Origin: Octopus sinensis
Lineage: Eukaryota
Direction: 5' to 3'
Assembly (NCBI RefSeq): GCF_006345805.1
Contig: NC_043010.1
Coordinates: 38,688,001 to 38,752,000, forward strand
Length of the DNA: 64,000 nucleotides
Both the position numbers and the translations under genes were made by a program. Positions 12,560 through 27,060 of this stretch are shown piece by piece. The notes below the pieces were generated by a model. It saw nothing but the letters and a program-made list of their open reading frames with translations. It searched no databases and was not told where the DNA came from. Every line of letters begins with the position of its first letter. The stretch's first letter is position 1.

Positions 12560-12900
12560 CAAAATCACCATTATATTTAAAAACAAGTGAAAGAGGTATT
12601 ACACATATAATCAGCAACTTACTCAAAACGAATTACTATTCGTATTCGGTGTAGGAAGATGAAAATCGCCACTAAATATAAACACAAGAGAAAGGAGACA
12701 ATACAAACATAATCAGTAATTTTACCAAAGCGGATTATATTCCTATGCAGCGCTGGAAGATAATACATCAAAATCTCTTCTAAATATCGTCTGTAGAAAA
12801 GAACCAAAAGTCATGTATTATGTCTGTTGAAGTAGCTGCTCAACAAAGAAGACATTTTGTTCAAAATTAGCGAGAAATAGGTTATTATTGGTAGACAAAT
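12560..12900 (-). pseudogene. Decayed Penelope-like reverse transcriptase fragment
   Basis: Minus strand gives NLFLANFEQ (12857-12883), then after a frameshift FYRRYLEEIL (about 12770-12798). These resemble the PLE RT motifs SP..ANLF...E and FY.RYVDDIF. Confidence 0.45.
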
Positions 12901-13139
12901 GTTTCGAAGCTGATACAACTATTTTAACCTAATACCTTCTTTCTAATTTTGATACAAGGTCAGCAGTTTTAGATGAGAATACGAGTTGATTATTATCGAC
13001 CTCAGTGTTCAAATGGTTATTATTTTATCGAATCTGCAAGGATGAAAGACAAAGTCGACATTTGTAGAATTTGAAAACAGATTATAAAGAGCCGGAAGAA
13101 GTGTCGTTAAGTATTTTGTTCAATTTGATAACAATTCTT

Positions 13140-13780
13140 ATTTCTTTATTTCCCACAAGGGGCTAAACATAGAGCGGACAAACAAGGGCAGACAAAGGGA
13201 TTAAGTCGATTACATCGACCCCAGTGCGTAACTGGTACTTAATTTATCGAGCCCGAAAGGATGAAAGGCAAAGTCGATCCCGGCGGAATTTGAGGTCGAC
13301 TTTGCCTTTCATCCTTTCGGGATCGATTAAATAAGTACCAGTTACGCACTGGATCAATATAATCGACTTAATCCGTTTGTCTATCCTTGTTTGTCTCTTC
13401 TGTGTTTAGCCCCTTGTGGGTAGTAAAGAAATAGGTATTTCGTCTGCCGCTACGTTCTGAATTCAAATTCCGCCGAGATCGACTTTGCTTTTCATCCTTT
13501 CGGGGTCGATTAAATAAGTACCAGTTACGCACTGGGGTCAATGTGATCGATTTAATCCGTCTGTCTGTCCTTGTTTGTCTCCTCTGTTTTTAGCCCCTTG
13601 TGGGTAGTAAAGAAATAGGTATTTCGTCTGCCGTTACGTTCTGAGTTCAAATTCCGGCGAAGTCGACTTTGCCTTTCATCCTTTCGGGCTCGATAAATTA
13701 AGTACCAGTTGCGTACTGGTATCGATCTAATCGACTGGCCCCTGTCCCAAAATTTCGGGCCTTGTACATAGAGCAGAAAA
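13140..13780. mobile_element. SINE A units: one minus unit (13140-13290) fused head-to-head with three plus units
   Basis: Meta-like cores and the long tail TTAGCCCCTTGTGGGTAGTAAAGAAATAG repeated. Confidence 0.85.
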
Positions 13781-13847
13781 AATTATATGATGAAAACTAA
13801 ACGAAGGGAAATACAGAACGTGATTTAACTAAACGAATACAGATTAA

Positions 13848-14170
13848 CGTGAAGGCGCGTGGCTTAGTGGTTAGGGGCATTCGACTGACGATCGTAAAGT
13901 CGTGAGTTCAATTCTAGATGACGTGTTGTGTCCTTGAACAAGACACACTTTATTTCAGTCCACGCAGCAGCCGAAAATGAGTAGTACCTGTATTACAAAG
14001 GGCCAGCTTTGTCACACTCTGTGTCATACTGAATCTCCCTGAGAACTACGTTAAGGGTACACGTATCTGTGGAGTGCTCAGCCACTTGCACGTTAATTTC
14101 ACGAGCAAGCTGTTCCGTCGAATCTATCAGCTGGGATCCTCGTCGTCGTAACCAACGGAGTGCTCCCTTA
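13848..14170 (+). mobile_element. SINE family C variant with 9 bp TSD
   Basis: tRNA-like head GGCGCGTGGCTTAGTGGTTAG..GAGTTCAATTC and the C tail. ACAGATTAA is duplicated at 13839-13847 and 14171-14179. Confidence 0.85.
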
Positions 14171-14705
14171 ACAGATTAATTAATACACATTGAAGGCATA
14201 TTATGTTTAATCTTCATCTAATCCACTTAATCTTTATCTTTAACTAATCCACTTAAAAAACAAATAACAAAACATGCTGTAAGCAAATTAACCAAACTCA
14301 AAATCAGGATCTGTTTATTCAAAAGAAGGTACAGTTTATAGTCTGATATTGCAGAATATTCCCGGACTTCTGGAAATGGCAGATTTCTGGAAGCTAGATA
14401 GGTTGTCCGATTTGATATTTACTCTATAAAACTGTATTAGACTTAGCCTAAGAAGATTAGGGATTATAATTCCAGCACAGTATTAATTGATATAAAATCA
14501 ACGGGAATCAGGGAGAATAAATAATCTTTTTAGAAATATCAAAGATCTATGCAGTTAAAAATAGTGATCCTTCGATCCCCAACAACCCACCAACCCACAC
14601 ACGAACACATATATTTCATCAATATCGATTAATATTGAACTAATTTATTAGGTAAACATGCTTTATATACACACACACACACACACCACACACATATATA
14701 TATAA

Positions 14706-14746
<41 letters not shown>

Positions 14747-14860
14747 TATATATATATATATATATCACATAAATATATATCAGATATAATATATATATAT
14801 ATAGATATATATACAATATATATATCTACATATATATATCACCCACACACACACACATAT

Positions 14861-14906
<46 letters not shown>

Positions 14907-14909
14907 TAT

Positions 14910-14973
<64 letters not shown>

Positions 14974-15013
14974 ATATATATATACATATATATATATACC
15001 CACACACACCACA

Positions 15014-15056
<43 letters not shown>

Positions 15057-15326
15057 ATATATATATACTATTTAATAAAAATACGAGGGAATATTATTCC
15101 AAATTTACAGGGAAAAATTCAATTTAGAATTACTAAATCAAATTTCACAAAATATAATATATGTATATATATATAAATTAGACAAAAAACCAACCTTTTA
15201 TCAATTCAATAATGAAAAATTAAATTATACCATCTAGAAAATAACATATTATAGAAAGATTAAATATAAGATAAAACATGTAAGTAATGTGCAAAATAAT
15301 AAATAAAACGTATATATTGAGTAGAA

Positions 15327-15430
15327 TAACGACATGTGCTTCGTGGTTATATTGAAGAAATCATTATAGTAAAAATATTAGTAGTAGTACTAAAATCACT
15401 TCAGTATAAATATAGCCACTCATCAGGTTA
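15327..15430 (-). ncRNA. Type-I hammerhead-like motif with long stem II (one core mismatch)
   Basis: Minus strand: TAAC-CTGATGA-GTGGCTA..TAACCAC-GAAG-C-ACAT-GTC-GTTA. Confidence 0.6.
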
Positions 15431-15504
15431 AAGATAATTACAATAATAAAATAATTAATTAATAAATATACGTAAATAATCTTGTAAAATACAAATATAT
15501 TCTT

Positions 15505-15680
15505 TAAAATAAAGACGAAGACAGGTGGTGTAGACAACAAACAGATGTATTATTTTGACGCTCGGGAAGTGAAAGTCTTTCACGTTTCGAGCCTACGCTC
15601 TTCCACCGAAAGGAACACAGAAAGAAACAAGGAGAGAAAATAAAGAATGTGTAGTGGTTAGCGATAGACGCCCCCCATAC
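15505..15680 (-). mobile_element. Short Penelope-like terminal-repeat element, distant relative of those at 59264 and 61129
   Basis: Shares TATT..GACGCTC.GGAA and ACGTTTCGAGC...GCTCTTC. The hammerhead core is mutated (CGGTGGA, GTG triplet). Confidence 0.55.
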
Positions 15681-16662
15681 CACCCATATATATATATATA
15701 TATATATATGCACATATATATATTCCAAGGATTGGTGGATGTATTCTTCATTTTGATGGGAAGAAACACGATCCTTTGTTTCTCCGGTAACAGGGTTCTG
15801 CATTGTAAAACACCTCTACTCTTCAGTCAGTCACACTGCCAATTCCTTGGTTCCTGCTGCCTGCTTTGTGTGTGTATATGTGTGTGTGAGAGTGTGTTTG
15901 TGTATGTGTGTGTGTGAGTGTCTGTGTATGTGTGTGTGTGGGTGTGCATGTGTGACGCCTGACAGGTTATGGGTGTGTGAAATGAAAACATTACACAGCA
16001 ATGCAGAAGGAACAAATTGAACCAGTAATTGAATTTCAGATTTCCATTTCCATCAATTTATCCATCAGCCTTTCCAATACATCCATCCATTTATTTCTCT
16101 TTTGATTTGCACAAAACAACTTGGGGAGATGTTTTCTTTTTCCATTAAACATTGAAATAACGTTGGCGGTAGTTTTCACAAATATTTGTCTAACCTTTTT
16201 TTATATTTCTTTCTTTGTTTTTCCTTTCTTTCTTTCTGTTATCTCTACAAGGATGGCAGCATATGACACCGAGGGAATTCCCAAAATTGCCGTTGGTCTT
16301 GTCTTCATTTTATTTCCTTTTCTCAGATTATTGTTTTATCCTCTTGTCTCTCCTCTCTCGACATTATATTTCAGACAAAACAGCTAATTTTTTAAGATAA
16401 TTTTGTTTTTTACTGAAGGAACAAAAAAGTATTAAACTAAAATTATAAATACATTCACAGCTAACAGAAGACTAAAAATAAAAAAAATAAACCACAAACT
16501 ATGAAAAAGAAATACTTCATATTTTATTAAAAGATAGTTCTTTTTGTCTAAATTTGAAAATAATATAAAATCGATTCAAGAGTATTTCTAAAAATGTATT
16601 TTCAACTTAGAAAATTGTTAAGAGATTTGGTATTTTAAAAACAAAACTTAATATACTGGTTT

Positions 16663-17085
16663 GAAGCACCGATTTGGTAGAATCGTTTGGATGCCGGGCA
16701 AAATACTTAACGACATTTCTTCCGGCCTTACGTTTTCAATTTGAATTTCACTGAAATTTACTTTGTCTTTCATCTTTTCAAGGTCGATAAAATAAGCACC
16801 AATTGAGCCCTGGGGTAGATGTCATCGACATAGTCTCTCCTCTAAAATTCCTGATCTTGTGTCAAGATGTGAAACCAATTAATGTCCTGGTTTAAGGCGC
16901 CGATTTGGCAGAATAGTTTTCATTTGTTCCGATTTTGCGTTCTAAATTCAAATTCTGCCAAGGTAGACTTTGCCTTTTATCCATTTGGGAGCGATAAAAA
17001 AAAAGAACCAGTCGAGTACTGGAGTCGATGTAATCGACTTCCCTCACCTCAAAATTTCTAAGCTTTGAGCCCATAGTAGACAGAA
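16663..17085 (+). mobile_element. Two old SINE A copies
   Basis: Diverged heads and cores (CTTTGTCTTTCATC..GGTCGATAAAATAAG). Confidence 0.7.
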
Positions 17086-18135
17086 TAAATATGCTGGTTT
17101 TCTTGTAAAAAATGGCAACTGAACACGGTAAAAGGCAAGTTCCCGGCTAGATATTTTAGCGACGTAGTTCCGATACGCTGCGGTAATTATTTTAATTTTA
17201 TCCATATCGCTAATGTCCTTCAGGAAAATATTTTATTTCACCACGTTACGTTACATTCTCTACTAAAATATTGGAATATTTGTTCCTGATCAGATCAATC
17301 CAAAATTATGTTTGACAGATACAGCTAGAGGAAGCTCTCAGCTACCGGCTATTTGACATCACAAAGCTGCCAGAATCACCAGATCAAAGGTGAGAAAACC
17401 TTCACTAGCAAGTGAATATTGCGTCCGTATTCAAATTTGAAACTACGCGCTGACGAGTCTCTGAAAGATTTCCATAAAATAATAAAATCCTCTTTGAACA
17501 TAAAACCGAAGCGGTAGTTTTGTATCAGTTTTATATCCATGGATAAATAAATATAATATTAAAGATTCATTATTTTTTCAGTACATTTTATGCTGAAGAA
17601 AATTGCACTTTTGACGCTTTTGATGACTCTTTCATTTCATGTCATAAAATACTTATTGGAACAAACAAAGAAAAAAGAAAGAAAAAGAAGGCATGAATGA
17701 ACCAGATTCCATTTTCTCTTCGTCAACATACGAGGCACTTATATTTAGTTAAAGGTAAACAAAATTATGATACGTTATGTCGCAAGACAAATCACACGTA
17801 GAAGAAACACTTATGCTTTCGGTGTTGTTAGATGAAGCTGCTGCATCATTAGAGTACCTCTTTGAGAGCATTGCGCTGCTTCACTTACTTGCTAATGGGT
17901 GACAGAAAAAAATACTATATATAAAAATATGAACGCCTGATATTCATGTTCTCATTTCTCAGATATAAATATGCAACCGTTTTTATAATGTTAAATTGAA
18001 ATAAGTGTTGTGAATTACACCATCCATACCAATACGCTTAAGACTATTCCTAGTCTAAATTAGAAAATTCCCTTAATAAATTTAATGCTAATTTACGTTT
18101 TTCAACATCAGTTCAATAAAGACCGGTATTTTACT

Positions 18136-18833
18136 AAAGGTATAGTTGCCCGAATTTCAGTTCAACTTTCTGTAGCAAGTAGATTAAACGTGGATTTCAG
18201 TATATTGGCTTCAGAAAAACTTTCTTTAGCCCTTGCTAATAAGATATTTATAATCTTTAACCGTAAAGGTTCTTTTAATATACTGCCACAATTCTTGATG
18301 GAGTATTTTTTCTGTAGAGAAAAAGACTACATCCCTTTTAATAGTAGTAAACTAATTACTGCTTGCTGCAGGGGGACTTGTAAGCACTACAATATGTAGC
18401 GGCGGCAAGTCAACATGTTGTTCTGAAACTTAAGCTAAGAACTTTTATTTTTGGATATAACGGGGTTACTCAGATGTGCTTGTGTTATTCGCTTCCGCTG
18501 TTTTCCAGAGGCACGTGTGAGTATCTCACTTATATTCTCTCGTAAGCTTAACTGAAGACGAACGAACCCTTATGGTGTTAATTCCGAAATTGATTCAATA
18601 TTGAGATAACGAAATTTAAATGTTCCAAAGGTATAGTTGCCCGAATTTCAATTCAACTTTCTGTAGCAAGTAGATTAAACGTGGATTTCAGTATATTGGC
18701 TTCAGAAAAACTTACTTTAGCCCTTGCTCATAAAATATTTATAATGTTTAACCGTAAAGGTTCTTCTAATATACTGCCACAATTCCTGATGGAGTTTTTT
18801 TCTGTAGAGAAAAAGACTACATCCCTTTTAATA

Positions 18834-18836
<3 letters not shown>
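18136..18836. repeat. ~210 bp direct repeat (18136-18346 and 18627-18836)
   Basis: Near-identical AAAGGTATAGTTGCCCGAATTTC..CATCCCTTTTAATAGTA. The second copy runs into (TA)n. Confidence 0.92.
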
Positions 18837-18918
<82 letters not shown>

Positions 18919-19646
18919 CATACATACATATAAGGACAAGTGTATTAAAATGGGTCCGGGGGAAAACTCAATTAAATAAAAGGGTCGAGGCCCATTGTGA
19001 AGAGGTTGGGAACTTTTTCCTATTAGACTTCCTTCGTGAATTGGATATGATGTTGCCATCGCAGTTATTGCATTGACGCTCTCTAATTCATCATAATCAC
19101 TGATGTTTCATAGGGCTTAATGATCTTCAAAGATTTTACTATTTTAACTACAACGGGCATTGGAAAAACACTAATAAATCGTTGAACGAATATAGATTTC
19201 TAAATGACAAATAAATTTTGTGTTTCGTATACATAAAGCTTTTAGACCTTGAATTCGGTATCTCCGTATTCAGTAATTCAGGCTGAGGAAATATTGAAAT
19301 ATTGAACTAAAACTCTGATGGTTACAGTGGTGATTATGTTGATTAATTCAATTTTCTTCGATCGATCATAAATAACTGTATTTTTTCATGTTAGCTCCGC
19401 TAGCATTAGGATATTATACACCGATATTTCTATGATTATACGAAACAACAAAATACTCGAAAATTTTCGGCTCACCCTCTCATTATTTTATAAGTTTCAG
19501 CAATTGAACTGCGGCCCTGTAGGAGAACAACATTCAACGATTATTAATTAACTCTATTGAATCCAATACTAATTCTGGCACTTAATTCATCGATCTCTGT
19601 TAATTCCAATAATACTGAATTTACAATGATATGCAGTCACATATGG

Positions 19647-19743
<97 letters not shown>

Positions 19744-20079
19744 CTTATATGCAACACATTGATACATAAACACGCACACAAATATGGACACATGCACAAA
19801 CTGATAGACAGTTACACATATGCACTCACATATATACATGCGCTAAAATGTTAGCTTTAATGTTTTGGTCAATTTGCAAGTAATAAAAACATTTTTTAGT
19901 TTTCATCAAGCGATTCTTGTGTAATCAGGAAATATTAAACAATGAAAATATTGATTAACAAAGTATTCTGATGTTTATTAATTTCCAAGAATTTTTATTG
20001 AGTCCATATCTCTGTATGTGTGCATGAATATGAAAGTGCGCGTGTTATAATAATGATGATGATGATGATGATGATGATG

Positions 20080-20129
<50 letters not shown>

Positions 20130-20178
20130 TATGATAATAATAATAATAAAAATAATAATGATGATGATGATAATAATA

Positions 20179-20238
<60 letters not shown>

Positions 20239-20264
20239 CAATAATGTACATTGTTTTGTCTTGG

Positions 20265-20535
20265 TATAAAACATGGGCTACAGCAAATATTCTGCTCAAT
20301 ACCATAGATTTTCTTGGAAGTTGTTTGCCCTCAACCAGTTGAGCATGTCCCTTAGTGACTGAGGATATGTACATCTCTGACCAGAGGGGGAGCATCATAG
20401 CCGTGTGTTGAGAGGAATTTTTGGAGGTTTGGATAATTCACCGTTGGAAACATGGCTGTTCGTTCAACATCCTTAAACTATCCTTATTCAGGGACCTTTT
20501 GAGCGGGATGGACTACTCGACCAGATGAAAATATC
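20265..20535. mobile_element. Unclassified (AAT)n-associated repeat, family D
   Basis: GGGGGAGCATCATAGCC.TGTGTTGAGAGGAA..GGATGG.CTACTCGA shared with 36170-36570. Confidence 0.7.
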
Positions 20536-20539
20536 TATT

Positions 20540-20975
20540 GGACAATATGTCAACATTACAACATCAAAACTGACGGCAGGTGGCATAAGCATGTGCCAAG
20601 CAAGGTACAATACAATGATCAGGCCACAATCATCTGGTTCAAACCGACAAAGAAATGAAAGCTAATCGGCCAGACATAATAGTCAAGGATTGGGAAAAAA
20701 CACCTGCTTACTGATAGACAGTCCCTTCTGGTCAAAATATTGTCCAAAAAGAAGTGGAGAAATTGTCGAAATACAAATACCTCGAAACTGAAGTATTTAA
20801 AATGTGGGGCATGAAGGCAAAAAACAATACCAATAATAATTGGAACATTGGGCATAATAAAAAAAAATCATTGAATAAAAATGTAGAAGCTATACCTGTA
20901 TGCTTAACACAACACACTGTCCAAAAAATAGCCCTGCTAGGAACAGCCCACATCTGACGCAAGACACTATCAATC
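20540..20975 (+). pseudogene. R4/Dong-like non-LTR retrotransposon C-terminal restriction-like endonuclease remnant
   Basis: KANRPDIIVKD, EKLSKYKYLETEV and QKIALLGTAHI motifs, frameshifted. Followed by a 3' region and (AAT)n. Confidence 0.8.
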
Positions 20976-21283
20976 CAATAATACAACCTATACAAAACAA
21001 CCCACAAATACAAGACACACTCTATACAGCATTTACCTAGTGAAATAAACTCCCATCAGCAAGCTCAGAAACCAAAGCATTATAAGCTCAATACACAATA
21101 TAAGCAATAACATAACAAAAGATAACACAATACAGTACCGGTCAGAATTCGTACACTTTCAAGAGCAGAGAAGAACACACAATACTGCACACACCCCAGC
21201 AACACGGAGTGTAGCAGGTGATACAGTAGAAATTTGCCTCAATCTACCAAATATTGTACAGTTATATAATGATGATGATGATG

Positions 21284-21331
<48 letters not shown>

Positions 21332-22103
21332 GTAATAATAATAATGATAAAAATTAATAACATTAATAACAACAACAACAATAAAAATTTCAAAAAATAT
21401 TAGCCTTGGTCAAGCTGAGTTAATTATCATTCGTGTTCTTCCTAGTGTAATAATAGTAGTTAAGTATTATGCGTACGTTGTCTAATATTTTTGGGAAAAC
21501 TACGATGTCCGTTTGCTTCAGCATATATTCTCTCGACACGAAAGGGAAGTCGAGACAGAAAATAATTAATTTTAAATAACACGTACACACACTCACACAC
21601 ACACATTCACACAAACACATACACACACCAACACATCTAGAGTTATATAGTTATTTTGGTCCAAGTTAATCTCTTAATATTCAGGAATTTTGACCATATA
21701 GTCACAGAATCACGAAGAAAGTTATGACCTGCTGGATGACCTGTGAGTACGCGACGAAACTGCAGATTATCAAGAGACTACCTCGACTAAAATGAATATA
21801 TAAAAATAGTATTTATGAGGACTATGCTATCGTGTATTCATTCTTCCGACAGTCAACACTAAAGTATTTATATACGGTTTGTGTGTATATCTATACATGC
21901 TATATATATATAGTTATGTTTATATGCCAACATAACGTGGCAGTCTTGAAAAGGACGATATTACATATGACTAAAAAAACAAAATGTCCGAGAGAGAGCA
22001 AATGCGACAAAACATGTTTAAATATAACACATCTACGTCACTGGTTAAAAAAGTAATTCTTCTCAGAAAACCTGATAGTCTTTTACTAAGTTCTGTCACA
22101 GTA

Positions 22104-22372
22104 CAGTAATCCCTCGACTATTGCGGGTTCCAAAACTCCTCGCGATAGGTGAAAATCAGCGAAACAGAAGCAGTACTGTATATATTTTAAAATTATTTTT
22201 TAATAATTTGTACATATTTATGCTATTATAAGTGCAAAACAACACCACAAAGGAAGCGGCGTAAGCTTAAATAATAAACCACGATACGTGACCCGCGAAA
22301 GGTGAAGCGCGAAAGGTGAACCGTGAAAAATGAATCACGATAGGTGAACCGCGATGTGGTGAGGGATTACTG
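22104..22372. mobile_element. pogo/Tigger-like MITE
   Basis: TIRs CAGTAATCCCTC../..GAGGGATTACTG, flanked by TA on both sides, with internal CGCGA.AGGTGAA subterminal repeats. Confidence 0.85.
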
Positions 22373-22379
22373 TATACTT

Positions 22380-22615
22380 TTATTCTTTTACTCTTTTACT
22401 TGTTTCAGCCATTTTGACGGCGGCCATGCTAGAGCACCGTCTTGAATCGACCCAGTACTTATATCTTTTTAAAGCCTGGTCCTTATTCTATCGGTCTCTG
22501 TTTGCCGAACCGCTATCTTACGGGGATGTAACATGCTAACACCGATTGCCAAGCCGTGATGGGAGAGACAAACACAAACACAACGACATACACGTAGCCA
22601 CACTTACACAAACAA

Positions 22616-22652
<37 letters not shown>

Positions 22653-22780
22653 GATACATACGACGGGCTTCTTTCAGTTTCCGTCTACCCAATCCACGCA
22701 CAAGGCCTTACTCAGCCCGAGGCTATTGTAGCAGACACCTATGCAAGGTGCTACGCAATGGGACTGAACCCGGAACCAAG
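22380..22780 (-). mobile_element. SINE family B
   Basis: Match to the other B copies. Confidence 0.8.
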
Positions 22781-23239
22781 ATTGTTATGTACGCCTGTTA
22801 AAAAATATATTTAAATAAATACGAAGAGTAAATATGAAAAAAAAAAAAGACTTTAATTAATGGTATGCTGTTTGATATGAGATCTTCATGCAATATTTAC
22901 TTTAGGGTTATGCATGGTGCATTTACCGTTCTTTTCAACACATACCCAATCAACTAATCAACCGAATGATTATACGACATGTTCTCCGGGGTTTGACTTA
23001 TGATTCCTATTGGCAAAAATATCTTAGATGTTTTTTCGAGTGAAATCAGTTGACAAGAAATATGTACTTTATACGGTTGAATGATCCACTGAGAAGTCGT
23101 AATCGGCTGAAGCACTTGAAAAAAAAAAATTCTCTTTGAAGATTGGTTTTTCTTGTTCCTAAGCTTAGCAGTGTTGCGTTCGAATCGCATCTTCCTGTCA
23201 ACTTAGTCAACAAGATAAAGGTCTTCAATCCTTCGAAGT

Positions 23240-23470
23240 TGTCATTATTCAACGTCGTCCACGTCATCAATCATTATTTTATAGTCGTTATCATCATAAA
23301 TAGCACCATCATTGCCGGCGCCCTCCTCTTCCTCCTCCTTCTCGTCATCATCATCATCATCATCATCATCAATATCATCATTATCACCCTCCTCTTCCTC
23401 CTTCTCCTCATTATCATCCTCATCGTCGTCGTGGTTGCCCACCTCCTCATTACCATTGTCAGCAGCATTG

Positions 23471-23502
<32 letters not shown>

Positions 23503-23632
23503 TTCATAATCATCATCTACAGCTACAAAATAGCAACAACACTAGCATTTAATAGATTTCCATCTCCCCTGATGATACTATACTACACTTAAACAATAGT
23601 AAACAATAGCAACAACAACAAAAACTACTACA

Positions 23633-23663
<31 letters not shown>

Positions 23664-23702
23664 TAATATACTACTACTACTACTACTACTACTACTATAA
23701 TA

Positions 23703-23740
<38 letters not shown>

Positions 23741-24760
23741 TAATATAATACTCCACACTGTATCACAAAACCGTCATAAAACTAAAACCACCGCACCACC
23801 ACTCCATCACCACCAGCACTACCAAAACCACCACCAAAACCACCACCACCACCACAACCAATACCACCTATCACCAGTACCACTACAACAACCGTCACTG
23901 CCAAAGCAATTAGTCACATCAACACCATTACCTCTATACAACAATGGTACTTAGTAACTCTACCTACTTTCAGTGTCAACCATTCCAGCCGCGACCACCA
24001 CTACACCACCATCATTACCACCATCACCATTATCACTACCGCCACCGTTGCCACTATCACCATCGCCACTAACACCTATACCAACTCCATCACCTACACC
24101 ACTACTAGCACCGTCCACAACCACAACTACAACCTCCACCACACCACCACACCACCAGCACCAACACTAAGCCAACAGCATCACCCTCTTGAAGAACAGC
24201 ACTACACTATCACCATTACCATCACAACCACATCCACCATTTCACCATCACCATTCTCTCCACCAGCATCACCATCCCAACCACCACCACCACAGCCTCC
24301 ACCATCATCATAACCACAACTACCACAACCACCACCAACAATGATAACACTGTCATAACTGCTGCCACTTCCACTATCACTCCACCGGTCTACCACCACC
24401 ATCGAACTATCAACCACCACTACGGCCACCCCCACCACGGCCACTCCCACTATGGCCAACCCCACCACGGCCACCACCACCATTACCACAACCTTTATCA
24501 CCAACACCACCTTCTGCAACAGCCACACCACAACTACCATCACAACTACCATCGTCCATACCATCACGCCGACAGTATCCGTCTCAACCGCCCCCCAACC
24601 ACTGCTACCATCATCGCAATCATCACCACTACTATTAACACTACCACCATCTCACCAGCTGCACCACCAATAGCACCACCAATACTATCGCCACCGCCAC
24701 AGTCTGTTCTACTACCTGAACCATCACCTCCAAACCACCATCGCTGCCTCCGCAACCTCT
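23240..24760. repeat. Low-complexity (CAT)/(ACT)/(ACC) trinucleotide region
   Basis: Direct reading. Confidence 0.9.
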
Positions 24761-25199
24761 AACAGCAGAATCTTCATCTATTAAACTAAACAACATCCAA
24801 AAATACCACGACTACAACATAAACACTACAGCATCAGATGGCACTCAAGCTCTAACCTGCACCTGCTCACCTCCGCGCCACACCGCGCCGCACCGCGCCG
24901 CACAGTGTCGCACCGCGCCGTGCAACACCACGCCAGACCACAACATAACACGCAAAAACTACTTCGTAGTTCTTAGTACATATTTACGTACATTAGCTGA
25001 TGTAAAGTTTGTGGAAAACGAACAACGCTGTGACTTGATTAGCCTCAGGCCAAAATGTTTTTAAAATATTGGAAAAGTTGATCTGTGCCGTTGCTGGTGC
25101 GAAGCACATACATACATACATACACATACACATCTATAAACATACACATACTAACTCACACGTACGTGCGCACCACCAATCTACACACTTGCACGTACG

Positions 25200-27060
<1,861 letters not shown>

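Noticed and set aside
16200-16310. Possible exon after a pyrimidine tract (MAAYDTEGIPK)
   Set aside because: The acceptor would be AAG and there is no good donor.
17442-17520. CTGACGA hammerhead candidate
   Set aside because: No convincing stem II or correctly placed GAAA.
21728-21775. CTGGATGA..GCGACGAAAC hammerhead-like stretch
   Set aside because: The core spacing is wrong and stem I is unclear.
23960-24755. Mucin-like Thr/Pro-rich ORFs
   Set aside because: Degenerate (ACC)n/(ACT)n sequence with stops in all frames and no clear splice context.
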